From Candidatus Zambryskibacteria bacterium RIFCSPLOWO2_01_FULL_39_39 (GTDB taxonomy: Bacteria; Patescibacteriota; Minisyncoccia; Phycocordibacterales; WO2-35-19), in NCBI GenBank assembly GCA_001823925.1, contig MHWB01000004.1, positions 22,390 through 86,389 on the forward strand: 64,000 nt of DNA. The letters run 5' to 3'. Within the stretch, counting starts at the first letter, position 1. Each line of letters begins with the position of its first letter. Shown here in pieces: positions 20,253 through 28,632 of this stretch. Under the pieces are notes generated by a model. That model was not told where the DNA came from and ran no database searches. It saw only the letters and a list, made by a program, of their open reading frames with translations. A program made the translations under genes and the position numbers.

Positions 20253-20269
20253 GTGATCTGAAACCAATC

Positions 20270-20298
20270 ACCCACCGTGTCACACTGGTGGGTTTTTT
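20270..20298 (+). terminator. Rho-independent terminator
   Basis: ACCCACC-gtgtcacact-GGTGGGT stem followed by TTTTTT, 18 nt after the stop of the first radical SAM gene. Confidence 0.55.
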
Positions 20299-20322
20299 AT
20301 TATATTAAGACTTAATTTACTG

Positions 20323-20365
20323 TTGACATCTTAATAAATTTTAAGCAGTATGGAGGAGGACTCCC
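20323..20365 (+). promoter_or_regulatory. Putative sigma70-like promoter plus GGAGGAGG Shine-Dalgarno
   Basis: TTGACA at 20323-20328, a 17-nt spacer, then a weak -10 (CAGTAT). A GGAGGAGG SD sits 8 nt before the ATG at 20369. Confidence 0.3.
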
Positions 20366-20368
20366 GTA

Positions 20369-21436
20369 ATGGGAAGTTCTTTACACAAGGAGTATCAAAT
20401 GAGATTGCCTAGATACGATATACGAGAGACAGCATTGGAGACGGTAATTCCGCTTTCCACTCCGCTTTTAATTTACGTCGACCCCTCTAGCGCCTGCAAT
20501 TTCCAGTGTGGATTCTGTCCCACTGCAGATCGAGACTTAATGAAGCAGACAAGGTTTGTTGGCTTCATGGACTTTGACCTCTACCGCAAGATCATCGACG
20601 ACTTCAGAGAGTTTGATCGACCGATCGATAAGTTGAAGCTCTACTGTGATGGCGAACCACTGCTCAACCCGCGCTTTGCGGACATGGTCCGCTATGCCAA
20701 AAAAAGCGGGCTCGTGAATCGGATCACGACTACGACCAATGCTTCCCGTCTCTCGCCTGAATTAAACCTTCGGATCGTTGAAGCGGGTCTAGATCAGATT
20801 AACATCTCGGTCTATGGTATGAACGCGGATCAGTACCGTGATTTTTCCAAAACCAAGATAGAGTTTGATTCTTTGGTAGCAAACATCCGCCACCTTTACG
20901 AACATCGAAGCCAATGTGAAATCAAGGTGAAGATCAACGGTGATGTCATTTCGCGGGAAGACGAGGTTCGGTTCTATGAAATTTTTGAACCGATCGCCGA
21001 CGGAGTAAACGTGGAGCACGTAATGTCGTGTTGGGTACAGACACCAGAGTGGAACCTTGCAGAAAATGGCCTCGCTCCCAACCCCAATACCGGAATCCAC
21101 GGTCAGTCCATTCAAGATGTCCTTGTGTGCCCGTATGTTTTCTACTCCTTTACCATTCATCCAGACGGCACGGCAAGCGCATGTTTTCTGGACTGGCAGA
21201 GAAAACTTCTGATCGGTGATGTACGGACCCAGAGCGTTAAAGAAATCTGGGATGGACCTCTCTTGCGGGAACACCAAGCTCTTATGCTCCAAGGCAAACG
21301 GAGGAGTCACCCTATCTGTGGTAGTTGTGGCCAGATGAGCCACGGTGTAGTACCCCAAGACAACATTGATCCTCACCGAGAGGTGCTTCTAGATGGGTTC
21401 GAGAAGCGACTTGTACAAATTCAACCGAGGAATTGA
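20369..21436 (+). CDS. Radical SAM / SPASM-domain protein (anSME / peptide-maturase-like)
   Basis: ~50% GC. CNFQCGFC = CxxxCxxC, GEPLLNP, and a C-terminal SPASM-type Cys array (CPYVF...DG...C...CGSCGQ). Confidence 0.75.
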   Translation: MGSSLHKEYQMRLPRYDIRETALETVIPLSTPLLIYVDPSSACNFQCGFCPTADRDLMKQTRFVGFMDFDLYRKIIDDFREFDRPIDKLKLYCDGEPLLNPRFADMVRYAKKSGLVNRITTTTNASRLSPELNLRIVEAGLDQINISVYGMNADQYRDFSKTKIEFDSLVANIRHLYEHRSQCEIKVKINGDVISREDEVRFYEIFEPIADGVNVEHVMSCWVQTPEWNLAENGLAPNPNTGIHGQSIQDVLVCPYVFYSFTIHPDGTASACFLDWQRKLLIGDVRTQSVKEIWDGPLLREHQALMLQGKRRSHPICGSCGQMSHGVVPQDNIDPHREVLLDGFEKRLVQIQPRN

Positions 21437-21456
21437 TTCTTCCGGTTGGCTATTTC

Positions 21457-21496
21457 GCGACGTATACTTCCAAGTTTACGTCGCTTTTATTTTTAT
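21457..21496 (+). terminator. Rho-independent terminator
   Basis: Perfect 8-bp stem GCGACGTA / TACGTCGC with a 12-nt loop, followed by TTTTATTTTTAT. Confidence 0.6.
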
Positions 21497-21545
21497 GGTA
21501 AGTAAGACAAGTTTTATAGGATATGCTAATATCCAATTTAATAAA

Positions 21546-22697
21546 ATGGGTAAAAAAACTAAAATTAAGCAAGCTGTGATAGTAGCTGGAGGCAAAGGCT
21601 CTCGGCTAAAATCACTTACCGACGACCGACCCAAACCGATGGTGTTAGTCAATGGACGACCTTTTTTGGAATACCTTGTCAGGATGCTCGTGGCAAATGG
21701 CCTCAAAGAAGTGTTGATTCTCGTCGGTTATAAAGGCGAGAAAATTATTGAGCATTTTGGAGACGGCTCCAAATTTGGAATCAAGATTAAATATTCAATC
21801 GGGACAATAGAGGAAAATAATGGCACTCGCTTAAAAAACGCAACTCATCTTTTGGATAAACACTTTTTATTTATGTATTGCGATATTTATTGGCCGTTAG
21901 ATTTGGAAAAATTGATCAGGCATTATGACAAGTACGATGTCTTGGGAATGATGACTCTCTATAACAACAAAGATAATCGGGGTGAATATGGTACGAGAAA
22001 CCTGGTCCAACTGACTACTTCCGGCCACATTATAAATTACGGGCCATGGCAGGATGATGTTTTGTACTCTCCCACCTTTAAGGGCATAGACTTGGGCTAT
22101 TATATCTTGAACCGAGACGTAGTGCCTTTGATGCCCAAAAAAGATTTTGAGTTTCAAGGAGGTTTGGTCAGCCAAAAACTAGCTCCAAACAAAGAACTCA
22201 TCGGTTTTGGTACCGATCATACCTATTGCACCATTACAGACATCAATTTTCTTAAAATGGCCGAGAAATTTTTGGCTCCGAAAAGAATAATATTTCTTGG
22301 GTACGATGTATTAAACGAACACTTCTCTAAAACCCTACCGGCACTCAAAATGCTTCAAGCCAATGACTATAAGATATTCGTCATGGGAAATAAACCCGAC
22401 CATACCAAATCTTATTCAAAAATAAAAAGTGAACTTAAGCGTCAAAAAATTCAAATCAAAAGATTTTATTTCTGTTCCCACCACCCAAAAGACCGGTGCG
22501 AATGCCGTTTGCCCAGAGCCGGTTTATTCTTTCAAGCAGCCGGTGATCATCATATCAATCTGACCGAATCATTTTTTATAGATTCTAATAAATGGAGTTC
22601 ATTTATCGGCGAGGAAACAGGCTGTCAAACTTTAATAATTTCTAAAAAAGATTCCCTGCTTAAATTGGTTAAAAGAATTGTTGCTCTTGACTTTTAA
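21546..22697 (+). CDS. Bifunctional sugar-phosphate nucleotidyltransferase / HAD-family (GmhB-like) phosphatase
   Basis: N-terminal AVIVAGGKGSRLKSLTDDRPKPMV (NTP-transferase G-loop). C-terminal RIIFLGYDVLNEHF...CSHHPKDRCECRLPRAGL resembles the GmhB HAD IIIA phosphatase. I prefer the ATG at 21546 because the 21393 start overlaps the upstream gene. Confidence 0.6.
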   Translation: MGKKTKIKQAVIVAGGKGSRLKSLTDDRPKPMVLVNGRPFLEYLVRMLVANGLKEVLILVGYKGEKIIEHFGDGSKFGIKIKYSIGTIEENNGTRLKNATHLLDKHFLFMYCDIYWPLDLEKLIRHYDKYDVLGMMTLYNNKDNRGEYGTRNLVQLTTSGHIINYGPWQDDVLYSPTFKGIDLGYYILNRDVVPLMPKKDFEFQGGLVSQKLAPNKELIGFGTDHTYCTITDINFLKMAEKFLAPKRIIFLGYDVLNEHFSKTLPALKMLQANDYKIFVMGNKPDHTKSYSKIKSELKRQKIQIKRFYFCSHHPKDRCECRLPRAGLFFQAAGDHHINLTESFFIDSNKWSSFIGEETGCQTLIISKKDSLLKLVKRIVALDF

Positions 22698-22738
22698 AAG
22701 TAAACAATATATGATTTCTCCTAGAAGGAGGTGCGCAA

Positions 22739-23518
22739 GTGTACACCAGCAGACAAGCAAAAGCAGCTTTGAAAAAGATTGTTTGGAAAGAAGGGAAAAT
22801 CTTCCCAATTGCAGAGGGGCCATATCGCTATCGAACTTTGGTCCACTGCAGCAAAGAAGGCCGACAAAGGACCGAGTTTGCCAACGGCGAGCGTCCATAT
22901 TTTTGTTATTTAGAGCTCGTCGCCGGCAATAGTGGTGCCATCAAGGGAGGGGTTAGTATAGTGCCGATTCTCCCCGATGGCCGACTCATTATGGTAGTGG
23001 AACAACGACCAGCTCAGTACCACCACCATCCAGCTATTAATCCCTGGATCAACGGGATAGAGACAGATTTGGGTCAATATGGGCCTTTCAGCTCTCTTGA
23101 GTTTCCAGGAGGAGCCATCGATCCCGGACAAGGACTTAAGGGAGCGTTTCTTCAGGAACTATCGGAAGAAACTGAGGTGGAGGAACAGACCGCTCTCTGC
23201 TACCGCAGAGTGCATCCCGTCCACTGCGCTGGCTCTGAAATCGTTGGGGAGCAATTCATTGCTGTGATATTTTTGTCCGGTCTCACCCATGCTTCCAAAG
23301 TGGAGACGGACGGTGGGCTAAAGGTTTTCGCCTTAAGCCCAAAAGAGGTTCAGAAAAATATCTGGAGGGGCGCCATCAGTTCCGGGCCAACATTGCATGG
23401 GTGGATGTTTTACCAAGAAGTGTTGGGGATGAGAGAAAATCTCCAACACCAAGAGCTCATGGAGCAAACCATGAGCTACGTAGAGATGGAAGAAATAAAC
23501 ATTGCCAAGCAAAAATAA
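22739..23518 (+). CDS. Nudix-like hydrolase
   Basis: ~55% GC. FPGGAIDPGQGLKGAFLQELSEETEV is a Nudix-box-like sequence. GTG start preceded by a GAAGGAGG SD. Confidence 0.5.
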   Translation: MYTSRQAKAALKKIVWKEGKIFPIAEGPYRYRTLVHCSKEGRQRTEFANGERPYFCYLELVAGNSGAIKGGVSIVPILPDGRLIMVVEQRPAQYHHHPAINPWINGIETDLGQYGPFSSLEFPGGAIDPGQGLKGAFLQELSEETEVEEQTALCYRRVHPVHCAGSEIVGEQFIAVIFLSGLTHASKVETDGGLKVFALSPKEVQKNIWRGAISSGPTLHGWMFYQEVLGMRENLQHQELMEQTMSYVEMEEINIAKQK

Positions 23519-23539
23519 GATTTCACAATCAGTCCCTCT

Positions 23540-23569
23540 GGGAGCCGCTTCGCGGCTCCCTTTTCTTTT
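23540..23569 (+). terminator. Rho-independent terminator
   Basis: GGGAGCCGC-ttc-GCGGCTCCC 9-bp stem followed by TTTTCTTTT. Confidence 0.65.
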
Positions 23570-23600
23570 GCAGAATTTCCTGATAATCTAGATTATTCAT

Positions 23601-23972
23601 ATGGAGAAGCACAAAATTCACTTACTTTTTATTTGCACAGCCAATGTTGTGCGGAGCCCGGTAGCGGCTAGCCTTTTTGAAAAATCAAACAAATATGAAG
23701 CAAGGTCAGCCGGCACATCACTTAGTCCAGACTTCCCTAACGCTACAGCCGTGAACCAAGAACTAATAGATTGGGCTGACGAGATCATTGTCATGTCGGA
23801 AAAAGAAGATCATCACGCAACTTACCTCTCCACTCATTTTGATTTGAAAGATAAAAAAATAAAAGTGCTCGATATACCCAATATTTATATCGTTGGGATA
23901 CCAGAGCATCAAGCAACTCTTCTTCAAATATTAAAACAAAAACTGGCTGGCTATCTTGACATTAATAAATAA
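23601..23972 (+). CDS. Low-molecular-weight phosphotyrosine phosphatase / ArsC-like protein
   Basis: 123 aa. LLFICTANVVRSP fits the CX5R(S) P-loop of the LMW-PTP/arsenate reductase fold. Confidence 0.5.
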   Translation: MEKHKIHLLFICTANVVRSPVAASLFEKSNKYEARSAGTSLSPDFPNATAVNQELIDWADEIIVMSEKEDHHATYLSTHFDLKDKKIKVLDIPNIYIVGIPEHQATLLQILKQKLAGYLDINK

Positions 23973-24003
23973 GTATGTATAGTACAGGGAGGAAGGAATA
24001 CCG

Positions 24004-24309
24004 ATGGAAATATTCGGAAGTTGGTCTAAAGAGATTACTTGTCCAGAGTGCGGATCACTTCTGGGCATCACTGCCGAGGACATTACTTTCAAAGTAAAAG
24101 AGCCGGCCGAACACAAAAGACGCAGTGAGCGGGGCAAGCCCATCTACTTTGTCGCCTGCCCCGAATGCCGTCGCGAAATCGTAATCCAGGAAAGTTTCAG
24201 CGGCAGCCTGCCCGAATCGGTCAAGGCGACGGCACAGGAACGGACCGGGTTTGACTCAAAAGAGTACTTCGGGCGTCCCTTGTACGCTCCGTGGGACAAT
24301 GGCACATAA
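24004..24309 (+). CDS. Zinc-ribbon hypothetical protein
   Basis: 101 aa, ~55% GC, two CPEC pairs (Cys4 zinc ribbon). Strong AGGGAGGAAGG SD. Confidence 0.4.
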   Translation: MEIFGSWSKEITCPECGSLLGITAEDITFKVKEPAEHKRRSERGKPIYFVACPECRREIVIQESFSGSLPESVKATAQERTGFDSKEYFGRPLYAPWDNGT

Positions 24310-24342
24310 ATCAGGGACGACTAACTAAGTACATTGAACCCT

Positions 24343-24376
24343 GAGGGGCACGCGCGAGCCGCCCCTCTTTTCTTTT
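24343..24376 (+). terminator. Rho-independent terminator
   Basis: GAGGGGC-acgcgcgagcc-GCCCCTC followed by TTTTCTTTT. The downstream 30 nt are paralogous to those after the 23540 terminator. Confidence 0.6.
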
Positions 24377-24409
24377 GGAAAATTTCCTGGTAGTCTTGGG
24401 GATAATAAA

Positions 24410-25318
24410 ATGACCAAAAAAAAGATTCTAATAATTGGTAAAAATGGCCAGTTGGCGGGAGCCATTCAAGCAGAAGTAGGCTCTTTTGGGTTTGAGGTGA
24501 TAGCTTTTGATAGGCAAGAAATGGACGTGACAAACTGGCCCCAAGTCAAAAAGATATTGGACAAAATAAAACCTGATATTTTAATAAACACTTCCGCCCT
24601 GCAAGTAGTGCTCCAATGCGAAGAAAATCCGCAAAGAGCAATGGAAGTAAATTTTTTGGCAATACAAAATCTGGCCAGAGAATGTAAGGAAAGAAATATT
24701 ATTTTTGTCACCTACAGTAGCGATTATGTTTTTGATGGCGAAAAAGGATCGGCTTATGAAGAAGACGACCTCCCCAATCCCCTACAGATATACGGCCTAT
24801 CAAAATTGGCTGGAGAGTACGCCGCGCTTTGCATTTATCCAGAGAAATCTTTTGTTGTCAGGACTGCCGGTCTTTATGGCGGAGTGAAAGGCAGTCCGGA
24901 AAAAGGAAATTTTGTTTTGAACATAATGAAAGAAGCGACAGAAAAAGCTAAGGCAGGAGTAGGTATGGAGGTTAGTTCGGAGCAAATAGTCAGTCCAACT
25001 TATGCCGGCGACCTTGCCAAAGCCACTCTGGAGCTACTCTCTATGAAAGTAGATCCTGGAATATACCATCTAGTAAACGAAGGGGGCTGCAGTTGGTATG
25101 AGTTCACAAAAGAAATTTTTAAGTTAGCCAAAATTAATGTGCCATTATCTCCAATTGACAGGGGTGGCTTAAGTGCCAAAGGGGGCAATACGGCCGGTAA
25201 AGTTAGACGCCCAAAATTTTCTATCCCAAAAAATACCAGAGCCAGAGCTCTTGGTATAGTTCTCCCTTCTTGGCAAGAAGGTTTGGCATCCTATTTTAGA
25301 TTTTTAAATTCTATATGA
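24410..25318 (+). CDS. rmlD: dTDP-4-dehydrorhamnose reductase
   Basis: 302 aa. ILIIGKNGQLAG N-terminal motif and YGLSKLAGE catalytic region as in RmlD. Confidence 0.8.
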   Translation: MTKKKILIIGKNGQLAGAIQAEVGSFGFEVIAFDRQEMDVTNWPQVKKILDKIKPDILINTSALQVVLQCEENPQRAMEVNFLAIQNLARECKERNIIFVTYSSDYVFDGEKGSAYEEDDLPNPLQIYGLSKLAGEYAALCIYPEKSFVVRTAGLYGGVKGSPEKGNFVLNIMKEATEKAKAGVGMEVSSEQIVSPTYAGDLAKATLELLSMKVDPGIYHLVNEGGCSWYEFTKEIFKLAKINVPLSPIDRGGLSAKGGNTAGKVRRPKFSIPKNTRARALGIVLPSWQEGLASYFRFLNSI

Positions 25319-26520
25319 AATGCCCCATCTGCAAAACAGATAAAAGTAGACCCCTGCTCAATCTGGATTGTGGTAGTTTGGACAATTCACTGATTTATAA
25401 AACTGCAAAAATAGTCACATGTAAAAAATGCGGACATATCTATAATTCTTTGTCCCTAAAAGAAATTCTAGATTTAAAAAAATATTATGACCAAGAATCA
25501 GCTCCGACTAATTTAGGATCTCCAGACAAAGTCGGAGACAAAACAGGAAATACTGGCCCGTTTACTATGCAACGTTATAATAAATTATATACGTCAATTT
25601 CTCCTTACCTCAACACAAAAATGAAAATTTTGGACTGCGGGTGCGCAACTGGTGGTTTTTTGGATTATTTGTCAGGCAAAGGATTCAAAAAACTTAATGG
25701 ATTTGAAATAAGCAAAACCTACAGAAATCAGTCCAAAAAATGGAAAGAAAAAATAAAAATTGGTGATATGGATTTGGCAGTCCCCTTCCCTCATAAATCT
25801 TTAGATTTTTTGGTGGCAGACCAAGTAATAGAACACCTCTATAATCCACGCAAAGCCTTCAAAGAAGCCGCGAGAGTTTTAAGTGATGGAGGGTATCTTT
25901 GCGTAAGTGTTCCAGATGCTTCGCGGTACATCAAGAATTATTTTTTTGATTTCTATTGGTTTATTCTCAGGGAGCATATCGAACATTTCGATATTGAACA
26001 TTTAAAATTACTTGCCTCTTTAGAAGGTTTTGAACTTGTAAGTTTTACTAGATACGAAACCCCAATGATGACAAGCAAAATGATTTTACCTGTTTTGACT
26101 GCTGTTTTTCGCTTTTCTTCAAATACAGAGCTGAAAATAAATAAAAAACATTTTTTGTTAAAAAAAGAGATAAGTAAATATATAAAAAGAGATACAAAAA
26201 AACTAAAAAATAAAAAGAAATTATTTGAACATTTAGCAAAAAAAAGATTACCTATATATGCATGGGGAATAGGAAGAGAGTTCTTGTATATTTATGAAGC
26301 CACGGGGCTTAAGAGATGTAAGATTGCTGGACTTGTAGACCTCAATCCATACAAACAAAAGCATGTTTTGATTGGCAAAAATAAAATAGAAGATAAGTTT
26401 GTGTTAACCAAAGCAGAAAATAATTCCCAGATAATCATTAGCGCAATTGCTCACAAGAAAACAATAACAGCGGAACTGAAAAAAATGGGCTACCGAGGTA
26501 AAATTATAAATTTTAAATAA
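25315..26520 (+). CDS. NDP-hexose C-methyltransferase-like (TylCIII/EryBIII family: Zn-ribbon + SAM MTase + C-terminal domain)
   Basis: N-terminal CPIC...CKKCGH zinc ribbon, SAM motif ILDCGCATGGFLDYL, and a C-terminal ~100-aa domain resembling the C-methyltransferase C-terminal domain. Confidence 0.55.
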   Translation: MKCPICKTDKSRPLLNLDCGSLDNSLIYKTAKIVTCKKCGHIYNSLSLKEILDLKKYYDQESAPTNLGSPDKVGDKTGNTGPFTMQRYNKLYTSISPYLNTKMKILDCGCATGGFLDYLSGKGFKKLNGFEISKTYRNQSKKWKEKIKIGDMDLAVPFPHKSLDFLVADQVIEHLYNPRKAFKEAARVLSDGGYLCVSVPDASRYIKNYFFDFYWFILREHIEHFDIEHLKLLASLEGFELVSFTRYETPMMTSKMILPVLTAVFRFSSNTELKINKKHFLLKKEISKYIKRDTKKLKNKKKLFEHLAKKRLPIYAWGIGREFLYIYEATGLKRCKIAGLVDLNPYKQKHVLIGKNKIEDKFVLTKAENNSQIIISAIAHKKTITAELKKMGYRGKIINFK

Positions 26521-26523
26521 ATT

Positions 26524-27864
26524 ATGAAAAATAATAAGATAACAAAAATACTCCATATTACTCCCCATCTCGGCACAGGAGTTGGTACTGTAGTATTGAA
26601 CTATTTAAAAAAAGTAGTTAAAAATCAACACTTTGAACACAGAGTTGTCTGCCTAGACTATGCAAATAAAAATTCTATAATTGTTTCAAAAAAAATAGGT
26701 TTTAAGCTGTGGGGAGATATGTCAAAGAAAAAAGAAGATGTGCTTAGTCTGATTGCTAAATCAGACATAGTTTTGGTTCATTGGTGGAACCACCCATTGC
26801 TCTACGATTTTTTGGTCCGTGAAAAATTACCACCAAATCGTATCATATTTTGGAGCCACGTATTAGGCTCTGTCCCCCCAAACAATTTCTCTAACAAGCT
26901 CCTTAAGTATCCAGATATTTTCATTTTCACCACCCCCGTAAGTTTTAAAGTCAAAGAAGTACAAAACTTGCCACCAAAATATAAAAAAAATATGAATAGC
27001 ATTTGGTCTACAGGGGGGGTAGAAAGACTAAAACACATTAAACACCAAAAGCATGACGGATTTAATGTGGGCTATATTGGTACCGTTGATTATACTAAAT
27101 TAAATCCTGATTTCTTTGATATGAGTCAGAGCGCCAACATACCAAATGTAAAATTTATTGTAGTGGGAGGACCAAATTCAAAGTTAATGGAAGAAGAAGC
27201 AAAAAACCGTGGTTTAAGTGACAAATTTATATTTACAGGGTATATCTCTGAAGAAGAAAAGTGGAAATATTTATCTATGTTTGATGTCTTTGGCTACCCT
27301 CTTGCCAGACACCACTACGGTTCCTCTGACCAGGCTCTGCAGGAAGCTATGGGTACAGGAGTTGTACCAGTGGTTTTTGATAACTTAATGGAAAAATTTA
27401 TGGTAAAAAACGGAAAAACCGGTTTAATGGTAAAAAATAAAACAGAGTATGCCAAAGCCCTAGAAAGTCTGTACAAGGACAGCAAATTAAGAGACCGCCT
27501 TTCTAAAAACACAAAGAGGTATGCTAAAGAAGTTTTTTCTCTTCAGAATATGGAGCGCGAGTGGAATAAAATTTTTATGAAAACTTTGAAACTTAAAAAG
27601 ACCGAGAAAAAATGGCAAATAAATAAATCAGCAAAAGAGATAGCGCCAAAGGACATATTTGTGGAATCAATCGGAAAGTATAGTAAACATTTTATTTCTT
27701 ATTGTAAGGCAAAAAAATTGAATGAAAAAAAATTGGCAGAAGAAAAAATTAAAAATTTAGCAAAACACCCAAATTGGAGTACAAAATCAAAAGGTACGGT
27801 TCATCAATACAATACTTTTTTGCCTGGTGACAAATATCTTTCTTTTTGGAGTAAAATAATGTAA
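26524..27864 (+). CDS. GT4 family glycosyltransferase with C-terminal extension
   Basis: 446 aa. GT-B donor domain (GTGVVPVVFDN..., E-x7-E region) plus a ~100-aa Lys-rich tail. Contains a G7 tract at 27013-27019. Confidence 0.6.
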   Translation: MKNNKITKILHITPHLGTGVGTVVLNYLKKVVKNQHFEHRVVCLDYANKNSIIVSKKIGFKLWGDMSKKKEDVLSLIAKSDIVLVHWWNHPLLYDFLVREKLPPNRIIFWSHVLGSVPPNNFSNKLLKYPDIFIFTTPVSFKVKEVQNLPPKYKKNMNSIWSTGGVERLKHIKHQKHDGFNVGYIGTVDYTKLNPDFFDMSQSANIPNVKFIVVGGPNSKLMEEEAKNRGLSDKFIFTGYISEEEKWKYLSMFDVFGYPLARHHYGSSDQALQEAMGTGVVPVVFDNLMEKFMVKNGKTGLMVKNKTEYAKALESLYKDSKLRDRLSKNTKRYAKEVFSLQNMEREWNKIFMKTLKLKKTEKKWQINKSAKEIAPKDIFVESIGKYSKHFISYCKAKKLNEKKLAEEKIKNLAKHPNWSTKSKGTVHQYNTFLPGDKYLSFWSKIM

Positions 27865-27876
27865 ATTAGACTCATT

Positions 27877-28632
27877 ATGAAAAAAACACCGTTTGAAGAA
27901 TTTGGTCTTGATATTACCAAAAGATCTAAAACCCTTAGCAAAGACCCTAAATTCCAAAAAGCAAAGCAGTCTTTTCACGACCATCTTAGTAAGTCTAAAT
28001 ATGCTTACAATTTTTATTGGATGGGAGTACCTATTATCCAGACTCCAGTTGAAACCCAGGCTCTACACGAGCTTATTTGGAAAATCAAACCAGACCTTAT
28101 TATTGAGACGGGTATTGCTTGGGGAGGCTCCATCGTTTTTAGTGCTTCCATGATAACTCTCTTAGAAGCTTGTGGAGAAATAAGGAACGGACAAGTGGTA
28201 GGTATAGATATTGAAATCAGACCACATAACAAGAAAAATCTGGCCGTTCATCCGATGTCTAAAAAAATCATTATGTTTGAAGGCTCAAGCATTGATCCAA
28301 TAATAATTGAAAAAGTCAAAAAAATAGCAAAAAATAAAAAGAGAATACTAGTTCATTTAGACAGCAATCACACCCATAACCACGTCCTTGCTGAATTAAA
28401 AGCTTATGCTCCTCTTGTCACCAGAAGTAGCTATTGTATCGTTGAGGATACAGGCATAGAAGATGACCCTGTCAATGCTAATTTAGGTAAAGCGTTTGGC
28501 AAAGGCAACAATCCAAAAACAGCAGTTTGGGAATTTTTGAAAAAAAATAAAAATTTTAAAATAGACAAAGATTTTGAGTCAAAGCTTATACTCACTGGTG
28601 CGCCCGACGGATATTTAAAAAGGATAAAATAA
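27877..28632 (+). CDS. CmcI (cephalosporin hydroxylase) family methyltransferase-like protein
   Basis: DLIIETGIAWGGSIVF and the overall 251-aa length match CmcI-family rhamnosyl O-methyltransferase-like proteins. Confidence 0.6.
   Translation: MKKTPFEEFGLDITKRSKTLSKDPKFQKAKQSFHDHLSKSKYAYNFYWMGVPIIQTPVETQALHELIWKIKPDLIIETGIAWGGSIVFSASMITLLEACGEIRNGQVVGIDIEIRPHNKKNLAVHPMSKKIIMFEGSSIDPIIIEKVKKIAKNKKRILVHLDSNHTHNHVLAELKAYAPLVTRSSYCIVEDTGIEDDPVNANLGKAFGKGNNPKTAVWEFLKKNKNFKIDKDFESKLILTGAPDGYLKRIK

Noticed and set aside
20249-20308. 19-aa ORF (MSDLKPITHRVTLVGFLLY) overlapping the rSAM1 stop, considered as a RiPP precursor
   Set aside because: It coincides exactly with the intrinsic terminator hairpin and U-tract. 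It has no Cys/Ser/Thr-rich core and no SD. More parsimonious as a terminator.
20789-21376. 195-aa antisense ORF inside the rSAM/SPASM gene, and similar long antisense ORFs at 52254-52826 and 51806-52393
   Set aside because: They lie in GC-rich segments where stop codons are depleted in all frames. They have no motifs and fully overlap well-supported genes. Judged to be statistical artefacts of composition.
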